A DNA stretch of 64,000 nt, from NCBI GenBank assembly GCA_037481835.1, contig JBBFKW010000012.1, positions 46,695-110,694 on the forward strand, in the 5' to 3' direction. Position 1 is the stretch's first letter, and every line of letters starts with the position of its first letter. Source of the stretch: Desulfosoma sp. GTDB lineage: Bacteria; Desulfobacterota; Syntrophobacteria; Syntrophobacterales; DSM-9756. The notes beneath the pieces are model-generated. The model saw only the letters and a program-made list of their open reading frames with translations, was not told the DNA's origin and did no database searches. Shown here one piece after another: positions 20,641 through 28,902 of the stretch. The translations under genes were made by a program, and so were the position numbers.

Positions 20641-20708
20641 GTCACCTGCGCGAAAGCGGGAGTCCAAGCTTCCTGGAAATTTTGGATCCCCGCTCTCGCG
20701 GGGACGGC
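20641..20708. repeat. Palindromic extragenic element of the CCCGCGAAAGCGGGAATCCA...TGGATCCCCGC type (dRS3/CIR/RPE-like)
   Basis: GTCACCTGCGCGAAAGCGGGAGTCCA-N16-TGGATCCCCGCTCTCGCGGGGACGGC: two imperfect inverted half-hairpins. Confidence 0.6.
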
Positions 20709-20877
20709 GGGTGGGTGCCCAGCGGGGCACATTGACTGTGCCTGGAGAAGCTCGTAGGGCTTCGAGTTTCGGCCTTCGTTTCGAGGCCGCGACGCGAGAG
20801 CCCTTGCGCGGTTCTTGTCGCGTTCAAGACGTGAAAAGTCCGGACTTTCATGGTTCGGTGTCTCGAGGGGGCCTGAC

Positions 20878-21011
20878 GTAGGTTGGGGTGAGCGCAGCGA
20901 ACCCCAACGGACCTCGGGTGTAGGTGTAGGTTGGGGTGAGCGTAGCGAACCCCAACGGTCCTCGGGTGTAGGTTGGGATGAGGAGCGCAGCGAACCCCAA
21001 CGGTCCTCGGG
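20878..21011 (+). repeat. Three tandem GTAG-type REP copies
   Basis: GTAGGTTGGGGTGAGCG(C/T)AGCGAACCCCAAC at 20878-20908 and 20926-20956, a variant at 20968-21001, each followed by GG(A/T)CCTCGGG. Confidence 0.88.
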
Positions 21012-21239
21012 CCCCGGCGAGAAAACCAACCCTGGAAATCCGGCTTTCCGAGGGCCTGAACGCAACTTTCATTCAAACGGCCCTAAGCTCTTGTGGGACG
21101 AACGGCTGGGCGGCCTTTGGGATAAGACGCACAGCTTTCAACAAATCATTTCGCGGCTCGGGATGGGTGCGCCCGTGCCTTCGGGCGCGGGACCCGAAAG
21201 ACTCTGTGGCCCGGCATCATACCCATGGAGGGGCGACCC

Positions 21240-21434
21240 ATGAGCGACGAAATGGAATGCATGTGCCTGGAATGCGGCATCTCTTCTCACTTCCCCGCCA
21301 TTGACCTCAGTTTCGACGACTTTCCGGGTTTTGCGGGAAAGCGCTTCGTCACCAATCTTTCGTGCCCCCAATGCGGCGGCGCCCTGTTTGTCGTCGGGCG
21401 CGTGGGCGAAGAGCCCCTCTATCGCACGGGGTGA
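21240..21434 (+). CDS. Small (64 aa) zinc-ribbon-like protein
   Basis: GGAGGGG RBS; CLECG and CPQCGG pairs; followed by a terminator. Confidence 0.7.
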   Translation: MSDEMECMCLECGISSHFPAIDLSFDDFPGFAGKRFVTNLSCPQCGGALFVVGRVGEEPLYRTG

Positions 21435-21464
21435 GCGCCCGCAGCCCCCAAGCGATGGGAGACC

Positions 21465-21500
21465 AACAAAAAACCCCCGCGGTCGCGGGGGTTTTTTGTT
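21465..21500. terminator. Bidirectional rho-independent terminator
   Basis: AACAAAAAACCCCCGC-GGTC-GCGGGGGTTTTTTGTT between convergent genes. Confidence 0.88.
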
Positions 21501-21519
21501 TACGAGCTTTGGGGAATCT

Positions 21520-21990
21520 TCAGCACGAGCAGCCGCATCCGCACGTGGTCGGGCACGGGGCGTCGGAGATTTCCACGAGTTCCACGTCGAAATTGAGGGC
21601 TTGGCCGGCGAGGAAGTGGTTCAGATCGAGGGTGATGGAATGATCCGTCACCGCGGTCACCGTGGCGTAAACGGTTTGGTTGTCGCTGGTGGTGAGCGAA
21701 AGCACTTGCCCCAAGGGAGGATCGAAGTCGGGAGGCAGCTCCGACCTTTCAAAAACCTTGGTCAACCTTTCGTCCCTTTCGCCGTAGGCTTCTTCGGCGG
21801 GGATGCGGAAGGATTTCTTCTCATGGACGGCCATCCCCATGACGGCGTTTTCGAATCCCGGGATCACGTGGCCGGAGCCGACCTGGAAGTGCAGCGGCTG
21901 GCTGCCTTCACTGGAATCGAAAACCTGACCGTCGTCCAAGCGCCCCGTGTAGTGCACCTTGACAAAATCGCCTTTTTCCACTCGTTTCAT
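21520..21990 (-). CDS. slyD: FKBP-type peptidylprolyl isomerase (SlyD-like)
   Basis: VKVHYTGRLDDGQVFDSS, IPGFENAVMGM, EEAYG and LDLNHFLAGQALNFDVELV motifs; Cys-rich tail. Confidence 0.88.
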   Translation of the reverse strand: MKRVEKGDFVKVHYTGRLDDGQVFDSSEGSQPLHFQVGSGHVIPGFENAVMGMAVHEKKSFRIPAEEAYGERDERLTKVFERSELPPDFDPPLGQVLSLTTSDNQTVYATVTAVTDHSITLDLNHFLAGQALNFDVELVEISDAPCPTTCGCGCSC

Positions 21991-22287
21991 TCGTCTCTCC
22001 TTGGGGTTGTCATTCAACTTTAAAACCTTTGCCTTCACCCTAGTAAGCCCTCCGAGGGAAGTCAAGCGTCCAGAAGGTCAACGCGGCATTTTTCCCGGCC
22101 TGGGGCCTGGGCGGCAACGGTTCGCAGGTGTCGATCCCGACTTTCATCGAACGACTTCACAGACCGGAGTCGACCGGGGTAAGTATTGCCGACAGGCTTA
22201 CAAGGAATCCCCCCCCGGGGATTTTTTCGGGCATCTTCGGAAAGAGCCCGGAAGGGCTAAAAGACGACGCACGCAAAGGAGCGACCC

Positions 22288-22908
22288 ATGAGCGCCATCG
22301 CCTACACGGGTATCCATCACCTGGCTCTGGTCACTCGGGACATGGACCAAACGATCCGCTTCTGGCGGGACCTCCTGGGCCTCCCCCTCGTGGTGGCCAT
22401 GGGCCGGCCCGGGTATCGTCACTATTTTTTCGCCCTTTCGGAACACGACACCGTGGCGTTTTTCGAATGGAACGAAGCGGAACCCGTGCCCGAAAAGGAT
22501 CACGGCGTTCCGGTCAAGGGCCCCGTCGCTTTCGATCACGTCTCGTTCGGCGTCGCCCGCCGGGAGGCTCTCTGGGAGCTCAAGGCCCGGCTGGAAGCCG
22601 CCGGTTTTTGGGCTTCGGAAGTCATTGACCACGGGTTCATTCTCTCCCTGTATTCCTTCGATCCCAACGGCATCGCCATTGAGTTCAGTTACGCTGTCCC
22701 CGAAGTGGACGTGAGGCGCGAACCCCGCCTCGTGGACCCCAAACCGTCTGCGGTCACTCTGGAAGGTCCGGAACCGCAGTGGGACGTGTGGCCTTCCGGC
22801 GCGGCCGTCCCGGAAAAGGATCAACTCGTCTATCCGGGCGAAGGGGAAAAATTGCGGGCCCCCGAGAGCATCTGGAAGCGGGGGGCGTCCGTGACGAGCA
22901 CGGCTTGA
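22288..22908 (+). CDS. VOC/glyoxalase family protein
   Basis: GIHHLALVTRDMDQTIRFW, FDHVSF and SLYSFDPNGIAIEF motifs. Confidence 0.88.
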   Translation: MSAIAYTGIHHLALVTRDMDQTIRFWRDLLGLPLVVAMGRPGYRHYFFALSEHDTVAFFEWNEAEPVPEKDHGVPVKGPVAFDHVSFGVARREALWELKARLEAAGFWASEVIDHGFILSLYSFDPNGIAIEFSYAVPEVDVRREPRLVDPKPSAVTLEGPEPQWDVWPSGAAVPEKDQLVYPGEGEKLRAPESIWKRGASVTSTA

Positions 22909-23010
22909 AAACGTCTCGCCGATGCGTTAGGTATGCTCTTCAGTGGGATCTCGTGAAGCGTGGACCCCCCTGGGACGGACACGGCGGGGACGGTTGAAGG
23001 CGAAGAGGTG

Positions 23011-23988
23011 ATGGCGACGGCGCAGGCGGCACCAGGTTCCCCTCCAAAGCGCTTTCTCGTGCAACCCGTGATGATGCGGGTCGTCGTGGGATTGATTCCT
23101 TGTCTTTTCGGCGCGGTGCTCTTCTTCGGCCTGAGGGCCCTCGTGGTCACGGCCGTCGTTGTCGCCGCCGGGCTGCTCGCGGAAGCGGCCTTTACCCTGC
23201 GTCAAGGCAAACCCGTCACTTCGGCCGTCTTGGTCACGGGGCTCATTTACGCGTTGAGCCTTCCGCCCACGGTGCCGCTGTGGATCGCCGTCGTGGGTGT
23301 CGTCTTCGGGGTCGTCTTCGGCAAGATGGCTTTCGGCGGCTTCGGCTACAACATTTACAATCCCGCCATGGTCGGGCGCTGCTTTGTTTACATCAGCTTT
23401 CCCATCGCCTTGACCGCCGGGTGGATTTCCCCGTTCCAAAGCCTTTCTCAAGGCTTCGTGTCGTGGCTTCCTCCCGTGGATGCCGTCACTGCGGCAACGC
23501 CGCTTCGGCTGATCCACGCCGGTCAGGCCGTAGCCCTCAAGCCCCTCGTGTGGGGAAACATTTCCGGGTCCATGGGGGAAACCAGCGCCGTGCTCATCGC
23601 CCTCGGTGGTGCTTATATCCTTTACAAGAAGGCGGCCCAATGGCGTCTTGCCGCTTCCTGCCTTCTCGGCGCCTTCCTTACCGCTTCCGTTCTCTTTATG
23701 CTCAAGACTCCCGGCGTTCCGGATCCGCTGACGTTCATGATGGCCGGATCCCTCCTTTTCGGAGCCTTTTTCGTCGTCACAGAACCCATCAGCGGCCCGA
23801 AGACCAAACCCGCCCAATGGATCTACGGGCTCGCCATCGGGGCGCTGACCATCGTCTTGCGCCGCTGGTCCAATTTTCCTGAAGGCATCATGTTTTCCGT
23901 GCTCTTCATGAACACGTTCGTGCCGCTTTTGGACCGCGGCGTGCAGCAGTATCAAAAGAGGCTCGCGGCCAAAGGGGGCGCCTCATGA
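23011..23988 (+). CDS. nqrB: NqrB/RnfD-family membrane flavoprotein
   Basis: FGKMAFGGFGYNIYNPAMVGR, FMN site DAVTAATPL, GSMGETS, TEPISGP and PEGIMFSVL motifs. Confidence 0.85.
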   Translation: MATAQAAPGSPPKRFLVQPVMMRVVVGLIPCLFGAVLFFGLRALVVTAVVVAAGLLAEAAFTLRQGKPVTSAVLVTGLIYALSLPPTVPLWIAVVGVVFGVVFGKMAFGGFGYNIYNPAMVGRCFVYISFPIALTAGWISPFQSLSQGFVSWLPPVDAVTAATPLRLIHAGQAVALKPLVWGNISGSMGETSAVLIALGGAYILYKKAAQWRLAASCLLGAFLTASVLFMLKTPGVPDPLTFMMAGSLLFGAFFVVTEPISGPKTKPAQWIYGLAIGALTIVLRRWSNFPEGIMFSVLFMNTFVPLLDRGVQQYQKRLAAKGGAS

Positions 23989-24626
23989 AAGGGCGTCTTT
24001 TTTCGGTGCTCTACATGTTTGTCTTGTCTTTGGTTTTCACGTCCGTGGTGAGCGCCCTCAACGTGCTCAACAAGGACCGCATTCGCCAAAACGAAGCCCT
24101 TCGGTTGCAGGGTTTGGTCCTGACCGTCTTGAACATCGGTCCTTCGGAAAAGGGATCGGCGGCGGAACTGGCTCAGCTTTTTTCCCGGCGGGTGCGGGAA
24201 GCCTCCCTCGGGGACCGCCCCTTGTACGTAGGGCTGGCCGAGGACGGAAAAACGGTCGTCGGCTATGCCTTCCCCGTCTCCGGCCCGGGTTTTTGGGGTC
24301 CCATCGAGGCCATGGTGGCCGTGGCCCCGGACATCCAAAAAGTTCTCGGGATCGCCTTCTATCGGCACAGCGAAACACCGGGCCTGGGCGGGCGCATCAC
24401 GGAAGCCTGGTTCCAGAACCAGTTCCAAGGACGGCCCCTGCAGGTGCCGCCCGCCGGGATGCGCTTCTTCTATCTCAAACCGCCGGGGACGGCTCACGGC
24501 CCTACGGAATTGGATGCCATCACCGGGGCGACGGAGACGAGCCGCCGCCTGGAAAAATTTTTGGACGAAGAACTCAAGAAAACCATTCCCCTCTTGTTGG
24601 ACCAGAAAGCGAGGAGCCGCGTTTAG
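23985..24626 (+). CDS. nqrC: NqrC/RnfG-family FMN-binding subunit
   Basis: N-terminal TM, GPGFWGPI, HSETPGLGGRI and FMN site DAITGATETS. Confidence 0.88.
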   Translation: MKGRLFSVLYMFVLSLVFTSVVSALNVLNKDRIRQNEALRLQGLVLTVLNIGPSEKGSAAELAQLFSRRVREASLGDRPLYVGLAEDGKTVVGYAFPVSGPGFWGPIEAMVAVAPDIQKVLGIAFYRHSETPGLGGRITEAWFQNQFQGRPLQVPPAGMRFFYLKPPGTAHGPTELDAITGATETSRRLEKFLDEELKKTIPLLLDQKARSRV

Positions 24627-24628
24627 GT

Positions 24629-25243
24629 ATGGCTTCCCCCAAGGCACGAACCATCTTTCGAAAAGGCGTCTGGGACGAAAACCCGGTCTTTCGCCAGATT
24701 CTCGGCATCTGTTCCGCCCTGGCCGTCACGAACCTCATGACCAACACGTTGATCATGGGGTTGGGACTGATTTTCGTCACGGCCATGTCCGGCGCCACGG
24801 TGTCCGCACTGCGAAAGATCACGCCCGATCGGATCCGAATGATGGTCCAGGTGCTCATCATCGCCTCCTATGTCATGATGGTGGACATCTTCCTCCAGGC
24901 CTACCTGCCGGACATCAGCAAAGCCCTCGGGCCCTATGTGGGCCTGATCATCACCAACTGCATCATCATGGGACGGTGCGAAGGCTACGCGCGGGTCAAT
25001 CCCGTGTGGCCTGCCTTCCTGGACGGGATCGCTTCAGGGACAGGCTATGCCCTGGTGCTCCTGGCCATCGCCTTCATTCGGGAACTGCTCGGCTTCGGGT
25101 CGGTTTTCGGTATCCGCGTGCTCCCCGAAGGATGGGTGCCTTGGACCATCATGGTCATGGCCCCTGCGGGGTTTTTCATGCTGGCGGTGTTCATCTGGGT
25201 CGCCTACAGTGTGGAAAACCGAGCGACCCGGAAAAGAGGCTGA
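24629..25243 (+). CDS. nqrD: NqrD/RnfE-family membrane subunit
   Basis: NPVFRQILGICSALAVT, VGLIITNCIIMGR, RELLGFG and MAPAGFF motifs. Confidence 0.9.
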   Translation: MASPKARTIFRKGVWDENPVFRQILGICSALAVTNLMTNTLIMGLGLIFVTAMSGATVSALRKITPDRIRMMVQVLIIASYVMMVDIFLQAYLPDISKALGPYVGLIITNCIIMGRCEGYARVNPVWPAFLDGIASGTGYALVLLAIAFIRELLGFGSVFGIRVLPEGWVPWTIMVMAPAGFFMLAVFIWVAYSVENRATRKRG

Positions 25244-25410
25244 GCGCCGCGGGAGCCTTCAGGCGCCCTTCCGGGCCCGTGCGACGACCGAATGAGCCTG
25301 AAACGCGCGGGGCTCTTCCGGCAAAGGCGCTTCGGCGGCAGGCCGCACGGAGGCCGAGGCCGCCTCACCAAAGGACGAATGGCGCGGCTCTTTCGCTTTG
25401 AGGACATGCC

Positions 25411-26004
25411 ATGGAAAGTTCGTTGAACGCCCCGGTCATCTTTTTTGCCTCGATTTTTACCAACAACATCCTTTTGGCCAACTTCCTGGGCATGTGCTCC
25501 TTTCTGGCGATCTCCCGGGAACTCTCGTCGGCCGTGGGGCTCGGAGTGGCCGTCACCTTCGTCATGACGTGCACCACCGCTTTGAACTACCTCGTCTACC
25601 ACTACCTCTTGGTTCCTTTCGACCTGGTCCATTTTCGCTTCATCGCCTTTATCATCGTCATCGCCGCCTTCGTGCAGCTTGTGGAAATGCTCATCGACCG
25701 CTACTCCCCCCGCTTGTACGTCGTCTTAGGCGTTTTCTTACCGCTCATCACCGTCAATTGCGCCATTCTCGGCGTGTGCCTCTTTATGGTCATCCGCAAG
25801 TACAACTTCATCCAATCGGTGGCTTATGGTTTCGGGGGCGGCCTGGGCTGGCTCCTGGCCATCGCGGCCTTGGCCGGGATCCGCGAAAAACTCAAGAAAG
25901 CCCCCATCCCCAAGGCTCTCGAAGGCCCCGGCATCAGTCTCATTGCGGCCGGGCTTATGGCTCTTTCCTTCATGGCCTTCAGCGGCATGATCCAAGTCGG
26001 GTGA
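25411..26004 (+). CDS. nqrE: NqrE/RnfA-family membrane subunit
   Basis: NFLGMCSFLAIS, LGVFLPLITVNCAILG, AGIREKL and GLMALSFMAFSG motifs. Confidence 0.9.
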   Translation: MESSLNAPVIFFASIFTNNILLANFLGMCSFLAISRELSSAVGLGVAVTFVMTCTTALNYLVYHYLLVPFDLVHFRFIAFIIVIAAFVQLVEMLIDRYSPRLYVVLGVFLPLITVNCAILGVCLFMVIRKYNFIQSVAYGFGGGLGWLLAIAALAGIREKLKKAPIPKALEGPGISLIAAGLMALSFMAFSGMIQVG

Positions 26005-26014
26005 GGCGGCGTTC

Positions 26015-27118
26015 ATGGTGACCTTGGTGCTGGGACTTCTGTCCCTGAGCGGCTTGTGCGCTTTCCTTGCGCTGCTCTTGGAAGCGGCTCACGCCGTTTT
26101 CGCCGACTACGGGCCGTGCCGGATTTCCATCAACGACGGAGCCAAGGACCTGAACGTCAAGGGGGGAGGACGCCTGCTGGGAACGCTCATGGACCAAGGG
26201 ATTTTCATTCCATCGGCGTGCGGCGGTCGAGGAAGCTGCGGCTTATGCAAGGTGAGGGTTCTGGAAGGCGGAGGCCCGATCTTGCCTACGGAAACGCCGT
26301 ACATGAGCGTTGAGGAAATTGCCGACGGAACGCGGCTGTCCTGCCAGGTTCGGGTGCGCACGGACCTTGTCATTCAGATTCCCGAGGCGTTTTTCCTCAT
26401 CAAGGAGTTTCGAGCCCGGGTGGTCGGTTTGAAGCCTCTGACGCCCTTCATCAAGGAAGTGCACCTGAAGCTCGTGGATCCGCCTGAAATCGTTTTCAAG
26501 CCCGGACAGTTCATTCAGTTCCAGGTCCCCGAGTACGAAGGGTCGCCGGAGCCGGTCTATCGAGCCTATTCCATCGCTTCGCCGGCCCGGCTCAAAAATG
26601 AAATCAAGCTGGTCATCACTCGAGTGGAACGGGGCGTCGCCACCACCTATATCCACACCCTGCTGAAGGAAGGGGACGAGGTCCGCATCAACGGCCCGTA
26701 CGGTGACTTTTATCTGCGGCATTCGGAGCGCGAAATGATCATGATCGGTACGGGTTCGGGCCTGGCCCCGCTCATGTCGATCCTCCACCAAATGGCCGAC
26801 GAAAAGATCGATCGTCCCTGCACACTCTATTTCGGCGTCAAGAGCCGCCAGGATCTCTTTTACCAGGACGAAATCCACGAATTGGCAGGGAAACTCCCCC
26901 GCTTCCGCTACGTGCCCGTCCTGTCGCAGCCCCTTGCCGAAGACCGGTGGGACGGCGAAACGGGTTTTGTCACCGATGTGGTCGCTCGGGACGTCACGGA
27001 CGGATCCCGCCTGGAAGCTTACCTTTGCGGGAATCCATTGATGATCAACGCCGCCGTAAAACTTCTCATGGAACGCGGTGTGACCGAAGACCGCATCTTT
27101 TTCGACAAGTTCGGCTGA
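26015..27118 (+). CDS. nqrF: NqrF-like membrane-anchored 2Fe-2S/FAD/NAD(P)H oxidoreductase
   Basis: N-terminal TM; SACGGRGSCGLC..RLSCQ; RAYSIAS; GPYGDF; GTGSGLAP; YLCGNPLM; C-terminal FDKFG. Confidence 0.85.
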   Translation: MVTLVLGLLSLSGLCAFLALLLEAAHAVFADYGPCRISINDGAKDLNVKGGGRLLGTLMDQGIFIPSACGGRGSCGLCKVRVLEGGGPILPTETPYMSVEEIADGTRLSCQVRVRTDLVIQIPEAFFLIKEFRARVVGLKPLTPFIKEVHLKLVDPPEIVFKPGQFIQFQVPEYEGSPEPVYRAYSIASPARLKNEIKLVITRVERGVATTYIHTLLKEGDEVRINGPYGDFYLRHSEREMIMIGTGSGLAPLMSILHQMADEKIDRPCTLYFGVKSRQDLFYQDEIHELAGKLPRFRYVPVLSQPLAEDRWDGETGFVTDVVARDVTDGSRLEAYLCGNPLMINAAVKLLMERGVTEDRIFFDKFG

Positions 27119-27149
27119 TAGGGTGCGCAAACGGAGGAGTCCGCCCAAT

Positions 27150-27626
27150 ATGGGACGTTATCCCGTCTATCAGAGCCCCCAACTGGATGCGGTGGAAAGC
27201 CGCCTGCGCCGTTCCGGCGATCCGCACGGTTATCTGGCTGGCGATCCGAGGCCGCTCATTACGGTCCTCACGGAAGACGATCGGGCTGTGAAGGCCTTGG
27301 GACTGACCCATGAGGCCATTGCGGCTCGGCTGCGCGCCTTTACGGACGCCGCCAAGAGCGCCTTCGGGGGGCCCGTGGTGGTGGAAGGGCTTTGGAGGGT
27401 GCACCTCGAAGATTTTCGCGGACGTCTGCCCTGCCCGTGGGGACACCCGGGGCTCTATCCCAAAACCCACGTGCGCCTGGAACGGCTCGACACCGGGGAA
27501 ACCCTGCAGTGGACCGACCTTTCCCTCCACATGATCGAAGCCCACGGGTTTTACCAGGGGCTCGGAAGCCCGTACCGTCTGGACCCGGAAAGGGTCGCAG
27601 CCCTCTGCGCCATCGTTCCCCAATAG
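27150..27626 (+). CDS. Hypothetical protein with CPWGH and HMIEAHGFYQG..SPYRLDP motifs
   Basis: GGAGGAG RBS; lies directly after nqrF in the same orientation. Confidence 0.75.
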   Translation: MGRYPVYQSPQLDAVESRLRRSGDPHGYLAGDPRPLITVLTEDDRAVKALGLTHEAIAARLRAFTDAAKSAFGGPVVVEGLWRVHLEDFRGRLPCPWGHPGLYPKTHVRLERLDTGETLQWTDLSLHMIEAHGFYQGLGSPYRLDPERVAALCAIVPQ

Positions 27627-27711
27627 GCGGTCGCGGTCCCGGAACTTTGCCCGCGCAACCCCGCGTTGCTCTCATTCGGTTTTCGACATGACTTCCCGCG
27701 GGTCCAGGGCA

Positions 27712-28770
27712 TCATTCCACGAGCCTTACGCCTTGGGCGGCAAGATGGCGCTCGTCGAGAGGGTACGCCTCCCGAAAGCCTTTTGAAACCCTTAGAGCCA
27801 GTTCTTCCCCCTCCCCTTCCGTCACAATGGCCGCGTGGACGCCGGGAAGGGATTCCGCGAGGGCCAGCCCCTCTTCCGGTCCGAGGACCAACATGCCTGT
27901 GGCCAGCCCGTCGGCATAGGCGGCGCTGGAAGCCACCACGGTGACGCTCGCCGTTCTTTGGGCGGTCACGCCGCTTCGAGGGTCGACGATGTGGCTGTAG
28001 CGCTTCCCGTCCACGAGGAAGTAGCGCTCATAGTCGCCTGAGGTGACCACGGCCTTGTCCGTTAACGGGAGTGCGGCGAGGAGCTCCTGCGGATTTCGGG
28101 GATGACGCAGCCCGACCCGCCAGGGTTGGTTCCCGGGCTTTTTGCCGTAGGCAAAAACATCTCCGCCCGCGTTGACCAAAGCCGCTTCAATCCCCCGCTC
28201 TTTCAGCACCGCCACGGCCCGGTCGATGGCATAGCCCTTGGCGATGCCGCCCAAATCCAGGGCCATCCCGGAAACGGCGAAGGAGACGGTGCGCTCTTGC
28301 GGCGACAAGTTCACAAGCCCATAGCCGACGCGGCGCAGGACCTCCCGAATTTCTTCAGCCGAAGGGACCCTTTTTTCCGGTGCGTAAAACGGCCACAGCT
28401 TCATCAAGGGCCCCACCGTGATATCGAAAGCGCCTCGGGTGGTCCGGGAAAGGGCGAGAGCCATTTTGATGACCTCAAAGAGTTCGGGCGAAACCCGAAC
28501 CGGCCGGGAAGAAGCTTCCCGGTTCAGCCGGCTGAGCTCGCTGTCATCCCGAAAGGCGCTCATCATGGCTTCCAGGCGCGCCATTTCTTCAAAGGCGGCC
28601 TGAAGGGCCAAAGAGCCGTGCCGGGGGTCGCCGGAAACCACGCTGATTTCCACCACGGTCCCCATGAGCGGCTTGGCGACCTTCTCCACGTCCGCTTTGG
28701 GCGCGCATGAAATGGCCCAAATCGGCACAAGGATCCCCACGAGCCCTTTAAAAAAAGGCGACATTTTCAT
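27712..28770 (-). CDS. apbE: FAD:protein FMN transferase (ApbE), lipoprotein
   Basis: Lipobox AISC; MGTVV, GAFDITVGPL, LDLGGIAKGYAID, NAGGD, TSGDYERYF, HIVDPRSG and ADGLATG motifs. Confidence 0.93.
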   Translation of the reverse strand: MKMSPFFKGLVGILVPIWAISCAPKADVEKVAKPLMGTVVEISVVSGDPRHGSLALQAAFEEMARLEAMMSAFRDDSELSRLNREASSRPVRVSPELFEVIKMALALSRTTRGAFDITVGPLMKLWPFYAPEKRVPSAEEIREVLRRVGYGLVNLSPQERTVSFAVSGMALDLGGIAKGYAIDRAVAVLKERGIEAALVNAGGDVFAYGKKPGNQPWRVGLRHPRNPQELLAALPLTDKAVVTSGDYERYFLVDGKRYSHIVDPRSGVTAQRTASVTVVASSAAYADGLATGMLVLGPEEGLALAESLPGVHAAIVTEGEGEELALRVSKGFREAYPLDERHLAAQGVRLVE

Positions 28771-28902
28771 TACGCACCTTCTATCCGATTTGCGGAACCT
28801 ACCATTGTCGTACTCCCCTTGAGGACGAAGAGAGTGTAATGTGCTTGGAAAAGCTCCGAGCAGGGACCAAACAAACGAAAACTCAAAGAAGGGATTGAGG
28901 TC

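Noticed and set aside
20878..21011. Possible mini CRISPR array
   Set aside because: Linkers are 11-17 nt and near-identical rather than unique spacers, no cas genes are present, and the same unit recurs as dispersed doublets, so these are REPs.
20586..21243. ORFs with repeated WGSLRSPQPT / VGVRCAHPNL peptides
   Set aside because: These are translations of the REP repeats, not genes.
21520..21522. TGA after the Cys-rich slyD tail as a possible selenocysteine
   Set aside because: It is followed closely by a bidirectional terminator, with no homologous continuation or evidence of a conserved Cys position; an ordinary stop.
22100..22287. Possible riboswitch upstream of the VOC/nqr genes
   Set aside because: Short hairpins are present but I could not match any known aptamer consensus by eye; an Rfam scan would be needed.
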